Assembly (NCBI RefSeq): GCF_006345805.1
Contig: NC_042997.1
Coordinates: forward strand, 21,638,001 to 21,702,000
DNA from: Octopus sinensis
Taxonomy: Eukaryota
DNA: 64,000 nt
Direction of reading: 5' to 3'
Shown here: in pieces, positions 1 through 12,346 of the stretch
Position numbering within the stretch: the stretch's first letter is position 1
How the letters are laid out: each line of letters starts with the position of its first letter
Made by a program: the position numbers and the translations under genes
Notes under the pieces: generated by a model
Told to the model about the DNA's origin: nothing
The model's input: only the letters and a program-made list of their open reading frames with translations
Database searches by the model: none

Positions 1-88
1 ACTACAAGAAAAGACGTTTGCCACAGTAAGTAGGTTGTAGTGTCCACTCCGCTAATATCAAGGCTACAGTGGAGTACTTCTTTTCTTC
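1..88 (-). mobile_element. Tx1-like LINE ORF1 fragment (third divergent copy)
   Basis: Minus-strand translation EEKKYSTVALILAEWTLQPTYCGKRL aligns with NHSTEPIRTHEWVLPMYCGKH (ORF 1017-1421) and EISSMTLKSEDIMLLPTYMGKRT (ORF 7449-7946). Confidence 0.5.
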
Positions 89-817
89 TGTAGCAATAAC
101 CATTTTAGCCATTTTGAAATGTGGCGCGAATTGGCAATATGACGTAATGTCTTTGCCGAAGAATTATCATTTTCGTTTTTTTTCCATTGGTTAATATAAC
201 TGCTCATATAAAGATTCTAGAAGTTTCGAAAAGAATATTGGTCATGGATTTCGATTCTTTTTAAGTCAAGTTGAGCAGTTATAAAAACCCTGGATTTTGG
301 AAAATATTTCAGTGTTCGTTGGTTGTCACATAACTCCACGGCACTCACTCTTTTGAGACATCGGTAAATTTTCATGCCATGTCTAAGTTAATCACAAATC
401 TATTTTGATTTGTTGGTTAATGTATTAGATAGAAAGAAGAAATTAGCTAAGGAATTTATAGTCGTTTTCTTCACGACAAAGTTATCTTTCTTACTGTAAA
501 TAATATAAAATGTTATATTTATATAATAAAAAATAATTAAAAAGAAAATGTTTCTCTTCACGTTTGTTTTTCAACTGAGCATAGATAAATATGCATTTCT
601 GTAATCTTTGATTTATGTTTCTTATAGCGGTTTAAAGGACACGATTAAAATATTCAACATACATGTCATTAATATAGCGTTCCATGCGTATGTGTCTATA
701 TGACGTTATTACTGTAGTTAGGGTTTTTAGGTATAATGATAACACTTTAGTATAAGTGACGTTGAATCATTATATTCTCCCTTACTCAGAGAAAAGCCAA
801 ATAAAATAGTTATAACA
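89..817 (+). mobile_element. Solo LTR of the Gypsy family at 29673-34225
   Basis: Begins TGTAGCAATAAC, ends GTTATAACA, AATAAA near the 3' end; colinear reverse complement of 29673-30377. Flanks (cttc / ccgt) are not a TSD. Confidence 0.8.
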
Positions 818-1700
818 CCGTCAGACTTCAGTGGGCTGCTCTTCGTGCTGTTCTACTTCACTTTCCTGCTGAAGGCACTTTGCTTTCATAAAATATTTTT
901 GCTTACATAGAAAACATGTTGGAGGTCTTCCCCCACACCCACTCTTAGCGTAATGTCTTCTGGTAGAAGAACCTCTTCTACAATTCCATGTAAGTCTTTT
1001 AACCCAACTTGAATTATCATTTCAAGGCCGTAGCCCAACAATTAACTTCCTTTGTTCTGGTTATCTTCAGAATCCTTGCATCTTCCGCCATTTCGTGCAT
1101 GACTGCTGTCACCAGCCATACCTCTTCGATCTCGGTGGGGGAACTTTGCTGACTCTCACTCTGGCAATGTTTGCCACAGTACATCGGCAGCACCCACTCG
1201 TGTGTCCTTATTGGCTCAGTGGAGTGGTTAATAGCGTCCTTGTCACTGGAGAACCTAACCCCCACTGTGCCGTATTTTCTTCCACGCGTATAGTAGGTGG
1301 TTAATCCTCTCACTTCACCTAGACATTCCTCTATTGCCTCTACTGGAGCAATCTCTATTTTCTTGGTAGTGGTTGATAACGTCCTGTAGAGGGCCATCTT
1401 CCTTGCTACATTCTTTATCACTTCTTTTGGTCAGCTTTAATCTGGCCCCTTCCTTTTGTAACAATTTGTTTCCTTTTTCCTATTCCTCTATTTTTATCTC
1501 GCGAACTTCAAGGGTGTTGGTCGTAGTACCTTGTGTAGTTGCGACACGTTCCATTTCACTCTTTTCACACTTCACCCATAATGAGGAAGCAACAATTTTC
1601 AAAAGCAGGCAGAACGCAGCAATGAAAATTCAACAATTCAACAATTTAAACAATTCAACGAATCTTGGTTCTCCCGCGCGGGAAGACCTACCACAAACAT
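818..1700 (-). mobile_element. Degenerate Tx1-like LINE 5' region with ORF1 relic
   Basis: ORF 1017-1421 is homologous to ORF1 at 7449-7946 (RG..Y.TV...F.S, P.Y.GK, W...AV.H, EVN). A broken CFLCKQ..KAKC knuckle follows at about 870-910. No ORF2. Confidence 0.65.
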
Positions 1701-2199
1701 AAAATGAAAGTGTGTAACAGTAACAGTGTGTAACAATTGAACTTACGTCAAAGAAACTACTACCAATACCCTTCCATAGTGAAGTAGATAGTCCACAGTT
1801 CAGTTGGTAAAGACTTCAGTTATCCATCGAGGTTTACAATAACAGGACTCACATGGAGCGTACACACTTTCTACTCAAAAATAGACGTTTCTGCCAGCTC
1901 GCCGCCTTGTCAATATGTATATAATGAGGAATAGTATTGCCCAAATAAATATTTGGATACAGTTATCTGGAATAGCCTTTCGCAGAATTAACATGTTCAC
2001 ACAGAACGTGATCAGTATTTCAGATTGTCTATTCGCACAACCATGATAAGAAATCCAAGTTGAGCAAGATTTTAAAACGCACAAGGGTGTGACGATTGTT
2101 AAAAGAGAAGAATAGTAGTCTTAAAAACGTGTAATGCTATTTTTTCTTAGAAAAGAACTCAAATAGAGGGAATTCTTCCATTGTGAAATTTAGCGTTGC

Positions 2200-2700
2200 A
2201 AATTATGCTTTATCAGACATATTTCAGAAGCTTAAAATGAACATAAAGTTTCTGCAATGGAAGAATGTAAGCAATTTCACTCTGAAGGTAGATCGAAGCA
2301 TTTCTTAACAAAACACTTTTATGGAAACAGTACAAAATGACGATCATAATCGAGTATTCGGTGGTATAGAAAAATATTTCCGCAAATAATTTCTGCCAGA
2401 CATGGTCATTTGCAAATTGGATCGCGACCAAAATTAATTCTTTGTTGTAAAGGAATAGATAAAAAAAATTACTTTGAAGTTTCAAGAATTTACTAAGCTA
2501 TTTATTTGAGTGGAATCTAAATTTTTACAAGAAATGAACTTATTTTTTTCTATGAATGTGGAATCATAATTTCCAATACTAGATGAATTTTCAATGGTAG
2601 CACTTCTTTTCTCTTCCCTGTATCTATGTGAATCTGTATTTTAAGCTTCCACGGTAGAAAGCAAAAACAAAATCCTGTATACCTTTAAGAACGTAGAATT
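2200..2700 (+). mobile_element. Highly degenerate hAT (Charlie/SPIN-like) transposase fragment
   Basis: Broken translations SDIFQKL..FLQWKNVSNFTLK and YLCESVF*ASTVESKNK resemble the hAT motifs SDIF.KLN.LN..LQG and the C-terminal TYLCESGFS..IKSK. Confidence 0.45.
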
Positions 2701-3397
2701 TCCTAATGAACATTACTGACAATTTGTCATCTCTTATGTGCATGAGTTATGTATTGTACTGAAACAATCTTATTTACTCTTAATAAAGTTTTGTCTACTT
2801 TGTTTTTTTTTATATTCCGAGCTTTAGTTTATCATTTATATTTTGTTTAGAAGAACTGCTTATACGTTGTGTTCTATAGTTTCTTATTTATGATAACGAA
2901 AGTATTATTAAATCTCAGAACGAGATGTAAACAGTAATCGCTCGACAATGTAAAGTATGAAAGCCATCTCAATATGGCTAACCACAAAGGGGGGTGTTAC
3001 TGTAGGTTTTTAGCCCCAGGAGATCATCGTCTCCAGCTGGCTTCAGATACACTTTCTGTGCTCTTCAGGTATTTGCAAAGGGAGGCCATCCCTTTCTCGT
3101 AAGATTATTGTCTCTTATCAACGGGCGGTAACCACCAGATCACGATTAATTCTTTATTACGATTATAAAATCAGTACATAGAAGAACAATACAGGACATA
3201 CATACAAAAAACAGTTAAGTGGTTCGTTTAAAAATTTCCAAAATATATGGATTATTCATTATACAAAAAACTGTATTTAAATTGTCCTTTGCATTGACTA
3301 ATATAACATTACATTAGATTGAAATTTTACCGATATATTTTAAACCCCGGCAACCTATAAGGCCCCGCAGCTTCCCTTTCCTCTTCTCCATCCTTTG

Positions 3398-6300
3398 TTA
3401 AACTGGGTTTCTGACACCCACCTTTTTCACCACTTCCTTCCATCTTTTTTCATACACACTTCGTGGTAAGGTCTTCTTTTCCAGCTCCATTTTGCTCTTC
3501 AGATGATATCTGAAGTAAGTGAGCAAGCCGGGGCCTGAGACAAAGGATCCTATTGCGACTCCTTCCATTCTTGTACGCCACATGCATTCTTTTACTACTG
3601 CAACCGTGCAGTGAAAACATGCCTCACCTTCCTTCGAGAGTCCAGTTGGCGGTATCATCTTAATCATAGACTCAGCCGACAGCTGTACTCGTCCCAGATG
3701 CGATAACACGTGTTCTGCGTAACTTATCAAGTCTGACAACTGCCGACAGTGTACAAAAGCGTGCTGGACGGTTTCATCGTCCAACCCGCATCTTGGACAT
3801 GTCGGTGGCACTGAAATTCCGTGCTGCGATAACTTCTCGCGAACAGGTAAAGCATTCCTATAACACTGCCAGGCGAGGGATCTTTGGAAATTATCCAAAT
3901 ACCCCGTCCTGAAAGTCTTTTTAAACAGGTTGGTAAGCTGGTCCTAGGACGTCGTCGTTCTTTGCCTCTACCAGCCTGCTATAAAATACCGAGGTGGTAT
4001 TTCCGCAGCCGGCCTTGCCCGCCTTGTGGATCAGCGTGTGCGCCTGTCGGCACTCCTTTTGCCATAAAGTCAGATTCCGTCTTTTGATGCAACCGGGTTT
4101 AAAATTCACTAAGGAAGCCGGTCTCGGGAAAAATTCCCCTGCCAGCGGACTCCACACCTTATCACCCTCCAGGTGGTGCCAGAGATGCTTCAGTCTCAAC
4201 GCATGTCTGCGCATCATCAACCAAGGCATTCCTAATCCACCCTTTAACGGTTCCTGGCAGCAAACGGAGCGCCTCACAAGTGGCATTCCTCCCTTCCACA
4301 AAAAGCGGAAAAGGATTCGCTCCAACTTGCTAAGCCATGAATCGGGGCAAGGGACAACGGTCAGGCGGTAAGTGATTACAGATGCAATAAACATCTGTAC
4401 CACCTCCGCCCTTCCTTTCAAGGACAGAAACCTTCCGGACCAGGTCCGTACTATGGCCTCCACCTTGCCCGTCACCTCACTCCAATTCCTCTCCGTTTGG
4501 GAGTCTGGCCCAAACCAAACTCCTAGCAACTTAACAGGACCATCTGTCAAGTGTCCCACGGCACTGGACGATATCGACTTGCTTCTCCAGGTGCCGAGGC
4601 GTAAGCCAATCGACTTGTCCTTGTTAACTTTTGCTCCTGCCACCCCCTCGTATCCTCTGATAGCATCTTCTACACAAGGTAGCTGAGCCTCATTGGACAC
4701 GATGATGGTGACGTCATCCGCATAAGCAGAAACCGTCCTCCTGCCTCCGATCTCATCCGGGTTACTTCCCAGCCTCTCCAACTTTCGCAGCAATGGCTCG
4801 AGAGCCAACACGTACAAAATTGGTGACAAGGGGCAACCTTGACGAACTGAACATTCGATCGAAAACGGTTCCGTTAGGTAACCGTTTATCTGGACGGTGG
4901 ACTTGATGCCGCTATACATTGCGGAGATCCACCCGCGAAATTCAGGGCCCAGTCCAGCCGCTTCGAGGACCGTCGCCAGGTACTTATGGTCTACCCTATC
5001 GAACGCTTTACTTTGGTCTAGATGGACCATTACCCCACCCTTGCCGGTTAATTTACCCACCCTATCTAAGGTGTAGCGTATAAGGTGAAGATTGTCCTGG
5101 ATCGACCTACCTGGAATTGCACATGTCTGTGCTTTCTCTACAAGTTTCTCAACGACAGTCGTCAACCTTTTTGCCAACACCTTGGCCAAAATCTTTAACT
5201 CTACATTAAGTAGAGTTATGGGCCTGTAATTACTAATGTTATACCCCTTGCTCGGGTCTTTCTGGATTAGCGTCACCACTCCCCGGCTTACAGAACTGGG
5301 AATTCTCCCGTTCTGCTGCCAGTTCGCGTAGACGCCTGCCAGTATTCCCCCGAACAAGTCCGGCATACTTTGAGAAAACTCGTAGGACAGACCATCCAGC
5401 CTCGGCGACTTCTCCCCGGCGCATCCGGCCAGTACCCCCTCTATCTCCGCGGGAATGATCGCTCCTTCACAGCACTCCACCTCACGCCCCGAGAGCCGCG
5501 GTCCGCCGGCTAGGAAGTCCTTTAAGGCCCTCCCCCGCTCCAGCGACCCCCCCCCCTCCGAACGCACGGGCGAAATGCTGGTGAAGAAACTTTTGCATCT
5601 CCTCCTGTCCATAGATCTTGTGTCCCTCTTCGTCAGTTAAAGACTTGATTGAAGCTTTGTTGCCTCTCTAACTCTCCACTCGACGGGCCCATCCGGCAAC
5701 GTTAATACCTTCTCGTTTCCCTGCGCGTAGCTTAGCTCTAACTCTGCAACGTTCGTTTTTGGAGTTAAGGTGACGGTACAATACCGTCCTTGCCGCCATC
5801 ACTCCGGATGCAGAGCCAGATTCCATTGCCTCGTTTAGATTCTTAACTAAATCGTCCTCTATCCTAGACCTATCTAACCTTAGCTGATTGCTAAATCTAA
5901 TGGACTCTGAACGAATGGCTCTTTTGAGGGAGTGCCACCATCTATTGTTAATGATGGTGCCACATAATGCCCTTAATCCGGGTACGGAAGTCTTCACAAT
6001 TCAAAATAGACTTGTTCAGCTTCCAGTACCCGGGTCCCTGTCTATGACACTTATCTAATTGCACCCTACAAGTCACAAATTTGTGATCCGTGTAAGGCAC
6101 AATGTGAAACTGTGGACAACTAAACGTATCCTTATCTCTTTTCCTAACGAATATCCTATATATATACGATCTGCGTGAGCCGGCGTTGTTACTCCACGTC
6201 CACTGTGGAACGCTCGGCTCATCCAGTCGATAATGGTCTACTAGATTAAAGCTCTCTAGTAGACCCTTGAGGCTAAGGTTCCCCTTCCTATTGGTTGAGC

Positions 6301-6751
6301 CAACACTGTCGACCCGCGCTTCGAGGACAGTGTTAAAGTCTCCTACTAAGACTACCGTTTTCGACGTCACTAAAAAGTGCTCCAGATTCCGAAAAAAACC
6401 CGACTGCCTACACTCATTCGGAGCATAGACAGCTACCAACCTGAAGGACTGTTTACTTACGTGGGTCACATCCAGAACGACCAGCCTGCCTTCTGGGTCC
6501 AGAAAGACAGTACTTACCTGCAAGTCCAAGCTCTTCCTGATAAGGACTGCCACGCCCCTTCCTCCTCCTCGGCTAGGAGAAATAAATTTCTCGAAACCAT
6601 TTAGAAGAGGCGAGAACGCTTGGGCCCCATTCATCTTGGACTCGGTTACAATAGCTACGTCCACTCCGTGTGTCGTGAGGTCGTTCAGGAGACAAATTTG
6701 TTTCCATTTCGACCCCATTCCACGCACATTCACACAACCCAGCTTTGCCAT
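3398..6751 (-). pseudogene. Tx1-like ORF2 (AP endonuclease, reverse transcriptase, zf-RVT), 3 frameshifts
   Basis: 5948-6751: NVRG, TE, YAPN, GDFN, TDH (SRID appears as SYIY). 3921-5612: NYRPITLLN, DQSKAFDRV, VRQGCPLSP, YADD. 3398-3898: CPRC...ETVQHAFVHC. Confidence 0.9.
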
Positions 6752-6780
6752 TGTCGGAGAGAGAAAAAATAAATAAACTC

Positions 6781-8215
6781 ACGGTTGGGACAAGGAGCAT
6801 GACAGTTTAAATCTGCATGCTTCCCCTTCTTCCACCCTTGTGGTCGTAGCTGCAGGGCTCTTAACCGGAGTTGCCATCGGGCTCTGTGTAGGTGTGGTTG
6901 CCGGGGTTATAGTAAGTTTGCCCTCCAGTATTTCGTTAGTTACGTCTCTGATAAGGTTATTTTAAAAATGTTATTGGAGTGTTTTTTCCTTCCACTCGTC
7001 TTCCTTTATTTTTGCAAAACGAGTGGTCGACTTAGTGTCTGCAGACTTACTGAATAATTTCAGTTTCGAAAATTTAAAATACTTGAACACTCTATCGTTT
7101 TTCTCGTCGAATGCTACAATCTTTTCATTTTTTTTAATCAATTTTTTCCAATCTTGTTTTATGGGGAGGGGCTTGGCGAACTGTGTTCCAATGAATACAG
7201 TGCCGTGGGGGATAGGGCTGGGGAATTTGTTTTGTATGTATCTCTGCGGTGTTTGCTGATTTTTTCTTTGTTTGGGGAGGGGAGTCCAGGGTATTTTCTT
7301 TTTTTCTTTTGTGTGTCACCTGTGTAAATTCCATTAGTTCATTTTTATCTTCCGTTTCGATTGCCTTCCTTGTCGCAGTCTTGGGGTCTTTTTCCGCCTT
7401 TCCTTTTTCTGTGTTTGAAGCACTTTGAGGAGGGGCTTCGCTGTTTTTCTATTTTTTTATGCAGTTCGAGCGGACGTGACCCTTTTCACCACATTTGAAA
7501 CACCTAGGTCTGCGCCCCTCCACTGACACTCTCATTGTAATTCCCTCCTCAATAAATACCCTATCGGGTAAGTTTTCTAGCACATTATTTTCTGCTTGAA
7601 CTAGGAGTTCAAGCGCTTGTCCCTTCCAGTTTACCTCCTCTTTCCTTTTCATCTGCAGAATTGAGACTTTCTGCTCTACGTCGTGCAGAACCGCCGCTGC
7701 TACCCACATTATATCATATCCTCTTGGAATGTCTTCCACATATAGTTTCGCAGTTCTTTTTCCCATATAGGTAGGTAGTAACATGATGTCCTCACTTTTT
7801 AAGGTCATCGATGAAATCTCTCTTGCCACATCAGCCGAGTCGAAATGTGCTTCAACGGTAGCGCTGCGGGTACCTCGACCGACGTAGCGAATTTTGCTCC
7901 ACACCGGGGACAAGCACTTCTCTACTATTTCGTTCTTCACGTCCATTATTTTTTCTCTTTGTTACTGTAAACCTTGTATACGACTGTCTTGGCCTTTATT
8001 TCCTGTAATATCGCTTGCGGCGGTACCAGTTTTATTTCGTTGCCTTCCTTTTTTACCAAGTTCCGGTATTCGAACAACTGTTCTATTTTAAATTCTACTT
8101 CCGTTACGGTTCCGCCCACTGCGGCCGAAAAAGACTGTTTTTTAACCTCGATATCCTTCTGTTCGCTTTTTCCCATCACGGGAAAGTCGCTCCTCGACGC
8201 CAAATCGAACTCCAT
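6781..8215 (-). pseudogene. Tx1-like ORF1 (gag-like, zinc knuckle), split by frameshifts
   Basis: ORF pieces 7946-8215, 7449-7946 (CFKCGEKGHVRSNC) and 7134-7334, followed by a Lys-rich and a Thr/Pro-rich tail. Confidence 0.8.
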
Positions 8216-10113
8216 TTCTCAAATTATGAGAACCAATTTTTCAATAATAAAAAAAAAAAAATTACTCCGAAGGTAATAACAATGTTTATACACAGAATTT
8301 TCAGCCCCGTAGGGCGAAAATACTGTCACACAACGAACAACTGTTCAAATTCACGAGCAAACACAAACAACGACGAACAAAAAACGAACTCACTCAACAA
8401 AATAGGCAGCTAACTTCTCAATATGCAGATGAAAGAGGGGTCCCTAGACGAGTCAAAACACCAGATCACGATGAAAGACAAGGCCTGTTTGCAAATATAT
8501 AAGAGTTTTCCTAGTGACGTCTGCCACTGATTTCGAAAAACTGACTGTAAGCATTATTAAATCTCAGAACGAGATGTAAACAGTAATCGCTCGACAATGT
8601 AAAGTATAAAAGCCATCTCAATATGGCTAACCACAAAGGGGGGGTGTTACTGTAGCTTTTTAGCCCCAGGAGATCAGCGTCTCCAGCTGGCTTTAGACAC
8701 ACTTTCTGTGCCCTTCAGGTATTTGCAAAGGGAGACCACCCCTTTCTCGTAAGCCTGAGTGATACGCACCGGACCGGTTATTATACTTTACATTGTCGAG
8801 CGATTACATCTCGTTCTGAGATTTAATAATGCTTACAGTCAGTTTTTCGAAATCAGTGGCAGACGTCACTAGAAAAACTCTTATATATTTGCAAACAGGC
8901 CTTGTCTTTCATCGTGATCTGGTGGTTACCGCCCGTTGATAAGAGACAATAATCTTACGAGGAAGGGATGGCCTCCCTTTGCAAATACCTGAAGGGCACA
9001 GAAAATGTGCCTAAAGCCAGCTGGAGACGATGATCTCCTGGGGCTAAAAAGCTACAGTAACACCCCTCATTTGTGGTTAGCCATATTGAGATGGCTTTTA
9101 TACTTTACGATAACGAAAGTGGGTTCCGAAAAAGTTCATGTGGTAAAAGGACTCACAAAGGAAGATACATTGTCTCACACAATCAAAATTCACGACACCA
9201 AAACTGTTCATTATCCCAGTAAATAACCTATTTCAAATTAGTTTCTCACCTTGACAAACTCTTCAAATTTTTTTCCTAAAGGAATTTGCCCAGTACTAAG
9301 AATACATTCTACGTGTCATTTGTTTTAACACTGAAAACGCTTCTAACGTCCTCAGCGTGAGGGAACCTTGCAGATAACCATCTTTTTCATGTCACAGAAT
9401 TTCTTTTTCCTTTCTCATCGTGCTTCTTTATAATTACGGCATAGCCAGATCTGTCAATAACTTTCTTTCACTAAGGTACACATTCAGTGGCCTCTTGTCC
9501 CTTTTTACTTAAGTCAAGTTAATGTTATTTAACTTGAAAGCAAAGCAAGGAATACCATTCTATGTTTCCCATTTTGTGCATCCTCACGGTGAGAAATGTA
9601 TTACAAGACCGCCCTACTGTAGATTTTCTTTGTCTAATTCTAGTGGTGGTAACATTCAATGATCTTAGATAATTCTACCCACCATATTCTGCCTTATCTT
9701 CATTAAAGTTCGACGATAAAAGTATTTAAGGACTAGGTCGAAGATATTCAACCTGATCGTAGGCCTACTACCCACTAAACGCCTTTGAAATTGGTGTTGC
9801 TTCCTCATTGCACTAGCACCATATAGATAACATTTGAGCTCACTCTATTCTGGGTTAAGTTGAGTTAATTAGCTGTCTTTTTGTAATTGTAAAAGTCACG
9901 TTTCGTTAGAGCCATGGTGTTTGAAAACTAAAAAGGAAATAGAATCTTAATTCAATTGCTGAGACAAGTATAAATCATAAAAAAGTTACGTTTATGTTTC
10001 TAAATAATAACTTGAATTTCCACTGTGAAAATATCGAGAAAAAAAAACCGGCAAAACAACTGCAGTTTTAGGTCACTAGTTGAGCACAATTATTCGTAAA
10101 GGTTGTACCTCAC

Positions 10114-10146
10114 CTTAGCTGATGTCAGTGACTTGCTGCTGCACGC
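10114..10146 (-). other. Candidate 33-nt micro-exon of an unidentified minus-strand transcript
   Basis: Long pyrimidine tract plus TCAG acceptor and AAG|GTGAG donor; one frame is open (ACSSKSLTSAK). No partner exons identified. Confidence 0.25.
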
Positions 10147-10185
10147 CTGACACAAGATACAAAAAAGAAAACACAACACAAAAAA

Positions 10186-10426
10186 CCTTATTCTCAAATA
10201 ACGAAAATCAATTTACGAAGCCAGTTAACTTTGAAATAGAACTATAAATGCTTGATATCACGTTCTCATAATTACTGTCACGTCTTTAGTTATTCATTTT
10301 CTTTGGCATTCATGAAACATTCACAATTGTAAATTTATCAAAATCAAAGTTCAAAGTTTCGCTCTGAAAAAAAAAACACATTTAATGAATACAAGTAATA
10401 TATCATCAAAATGTATGTAAACACAT
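10186..10426 (+). repeat. About 240-bp direct repeat, copy 1
   Basis: Near-identical to 13136-13376. Confidence 0.9.
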
Positions 10427-11857
10427 AGGAGAAAAAGTTTACATATACATATATATGTCGTGTCAAATCACCAAAAATACTGAGAGGAAAAGTTAATCGT
10501 TCTTGTCCTGTGTAGCTTCAAAGGACATCGTATTATCCAGTAGAAATTACACTATGGTTCTTCGGTTTGGACAAATTCGACGCTTTATCGGATTGAAACG
10601 ATTGATTATCACACTATTGCTTATTATGTCTTTATATGGCCTAAGTATTGCCGGTAAGATTTGATTTCCACTTTATAAATCCAACATTATATGGATCATA
10701 CTTACAGCTATTTTGTTCTTTGATCTTTGATCTTGTTTATAAAATTATTTTCTCTATGTTTATTTTAAACAGTGACATTGATTAAGCCTAATGTTGCTTG
10801 ACTAATCATGCGATTCAATTCTGATATTTCATGAAATTAAATATAATAATTTAAAATATTTTTTCAAGAATAACGATTTAACTTTAACATATTAGATGAG
10901 TAACACAAAACAGGAATACCTTATCATCAAATTTTCTTCGTAGCAGGAAAAGAAAACTTAGTTTAAAATGTTGTGTGAGTAGAGGATTATTCATATTCTT
11001 TGTAAAACTCCACTTCAAAATTACTACTGACCAAGCTAATAAATATTGTTGCATTCAATATTATCCGAGATTATAAAATTGTATATTCCGAATATCTTAT
11101 CAACTAAAGTAGATTATGTTGGCAAATAAATTTATTTTGTTAGAATACATAATGCAAAAACATTGAATTGATGAGCTACAAATATTCTTACACTAATATA
11201 AGTAATATTTTTGTTTTGAAAATATCTTTATAATACACGATTACAAATGTTATCAAATTTGAGAATGTTTCTATGCTTTAAATTAACCTTAGCAGTATGT
11301 AACAGTAATTAACATTAGTTAACATAAGCAATACAACACACTAACCTTATGCGACTGTCTTATATAGCTTTTTTGCTGTCTATTCTTTTTCTTATTTCAT
11401 TTATCCTGCTTCACAGTAACTTGACGTTATATTAAATGCACACCTTGCTTTGCATCTGTTTTATAATATCTGACCAATTCAATACATTTGAAAACTATAC
11501 GTATCGATTATTGATAATGTATCCTCTGGTTTTGGCTGAATTGCCCCCTATTATCTACTTGGAATTTATCGCTTGTAAGAAATTTTCTGAACAATAAAAA
11601 ATGGTAGATTTGCTCTATATCTGATAATAGAGGATAATTAAGGACCAAAGAACTGGGATATGTAGAAAGAACTATAAATTGAAGCAATTGCTTTACAGCA
11701 GAGTTAATGATACAATTTTTTAAATGATACATTAGCAATATAGACACACGCCCATGCACCAGACTAATATTAACAGGTTTATATGCATACACGCACAAAT
11801 GCGTTCATGTGTATGTGTGTGTCTGAGAGAGATAGGGAGTGTTTATTTGTGTGTATG

Positions 11858-12092
11858 TAGGCGCATTCTGGTTGGGTAGTTAAATTCGTTTCGCAGCCAC
11901 GAGGTCCTGCGATCGATCCTACTATGTGGATTCTTGGGTAAATGTAGTTTTCTATAGCTTCGTGTCGACTTCTAAATTGTGGTTAGACGGAAACTGTTTA
12001 GATCATCGTCATACAGACTGTATCTGTAACTCAAAATGTACAACCTTGTCACACATTCCGTCACGGTGATTCTGCCTTAGAATTATGTAAAA
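11858..12092 (+). mobile_element. Old degenerate tRNA-derived SINE interrupted by two younger SINEs
   Basis: Decayed head and a TAGACGGAAACTG motif shared with SINE family B; the sequence resumes after 12577. Confidence 0.4.
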
Positions 12093-12321
12093 GGCGGCAA
12101 GCTGGCAGAAACGTTAGCACGCCGGGCGAAATGCTTAGCGGTATTTCGTCTACCGTTACGTTCTGAGTTCAAATTCCGCCGAGGTCGACTTTGCCTTTCA
12201 TCCTGTCGGAGTCGACAAATTAAGTACCAGTACGCACTGGGGTCGATATAATCGACTTAAACCCGTTTCTGTCCTTGTTTGTCCTCTCTGTGTTTAGCCC
12301 CTTGTGGGTAGTAAAGAAATA
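12093..12321 (+). mobile_element. tRNA-derived SINE, family A
   Basis: A-box TGGCAGAAACG, B-box GAGTTCAAATTCC, central GACTTTGCCTTTCATCC..GTCGA..AAGTACCAG block; many copies in the window. Confidence 0.85.
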
Positions 12322-12346
12322 GATTCTGCTTTAGAATTATGTAAAA

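Larger units (their letters stand above)
3147..8459 (-). mobile_element. Full-length Tx1-like (L1 clade) non-LTR retrotransposon, frameshifted
   Basis: ORF1 with CCHC knuckle, then ORF2 with APE, RT and a C-terminal zinc finger. 13-bp TSD ACCAGATCACGAT at 3134-3146 and 8460-8472. AATAAA just inside the 3' end. Confidence 0.92.
2904..9108. mobile_element. Non-coding short element (about 880 bp without the LINE) built of a permuted about 324-bp unit plus an inverted copy, interrupted by the Tx1 LINE
   Basis: 12-bp direct repeat GATAACGAAAGT at 2892-2903 and 9109-9120. Segments 2904-3146 and 8460-8753 are direct permuted copies; 8781-9108 is an inverted copy. Confidence 0.8.

Noticed and set aside
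3884-6800. Plus-strand and alternate-frame ORFs overlapping the Tx1 ORF2
   Set aside because: Shadow ORFs of a GC-richer coding sequence with no recognisable motifs.
8985-9055. Canonical hammerhead in the 324-bp unit (CUGAAG-GGCACA/UGUGCC-UAAA-GCC...GGC-UA)
   Set aside because: A9 is missing in two of three copies, G12 is U, and no stem I can be formed; kept only as a hypothesis in the structured-RNA finding.
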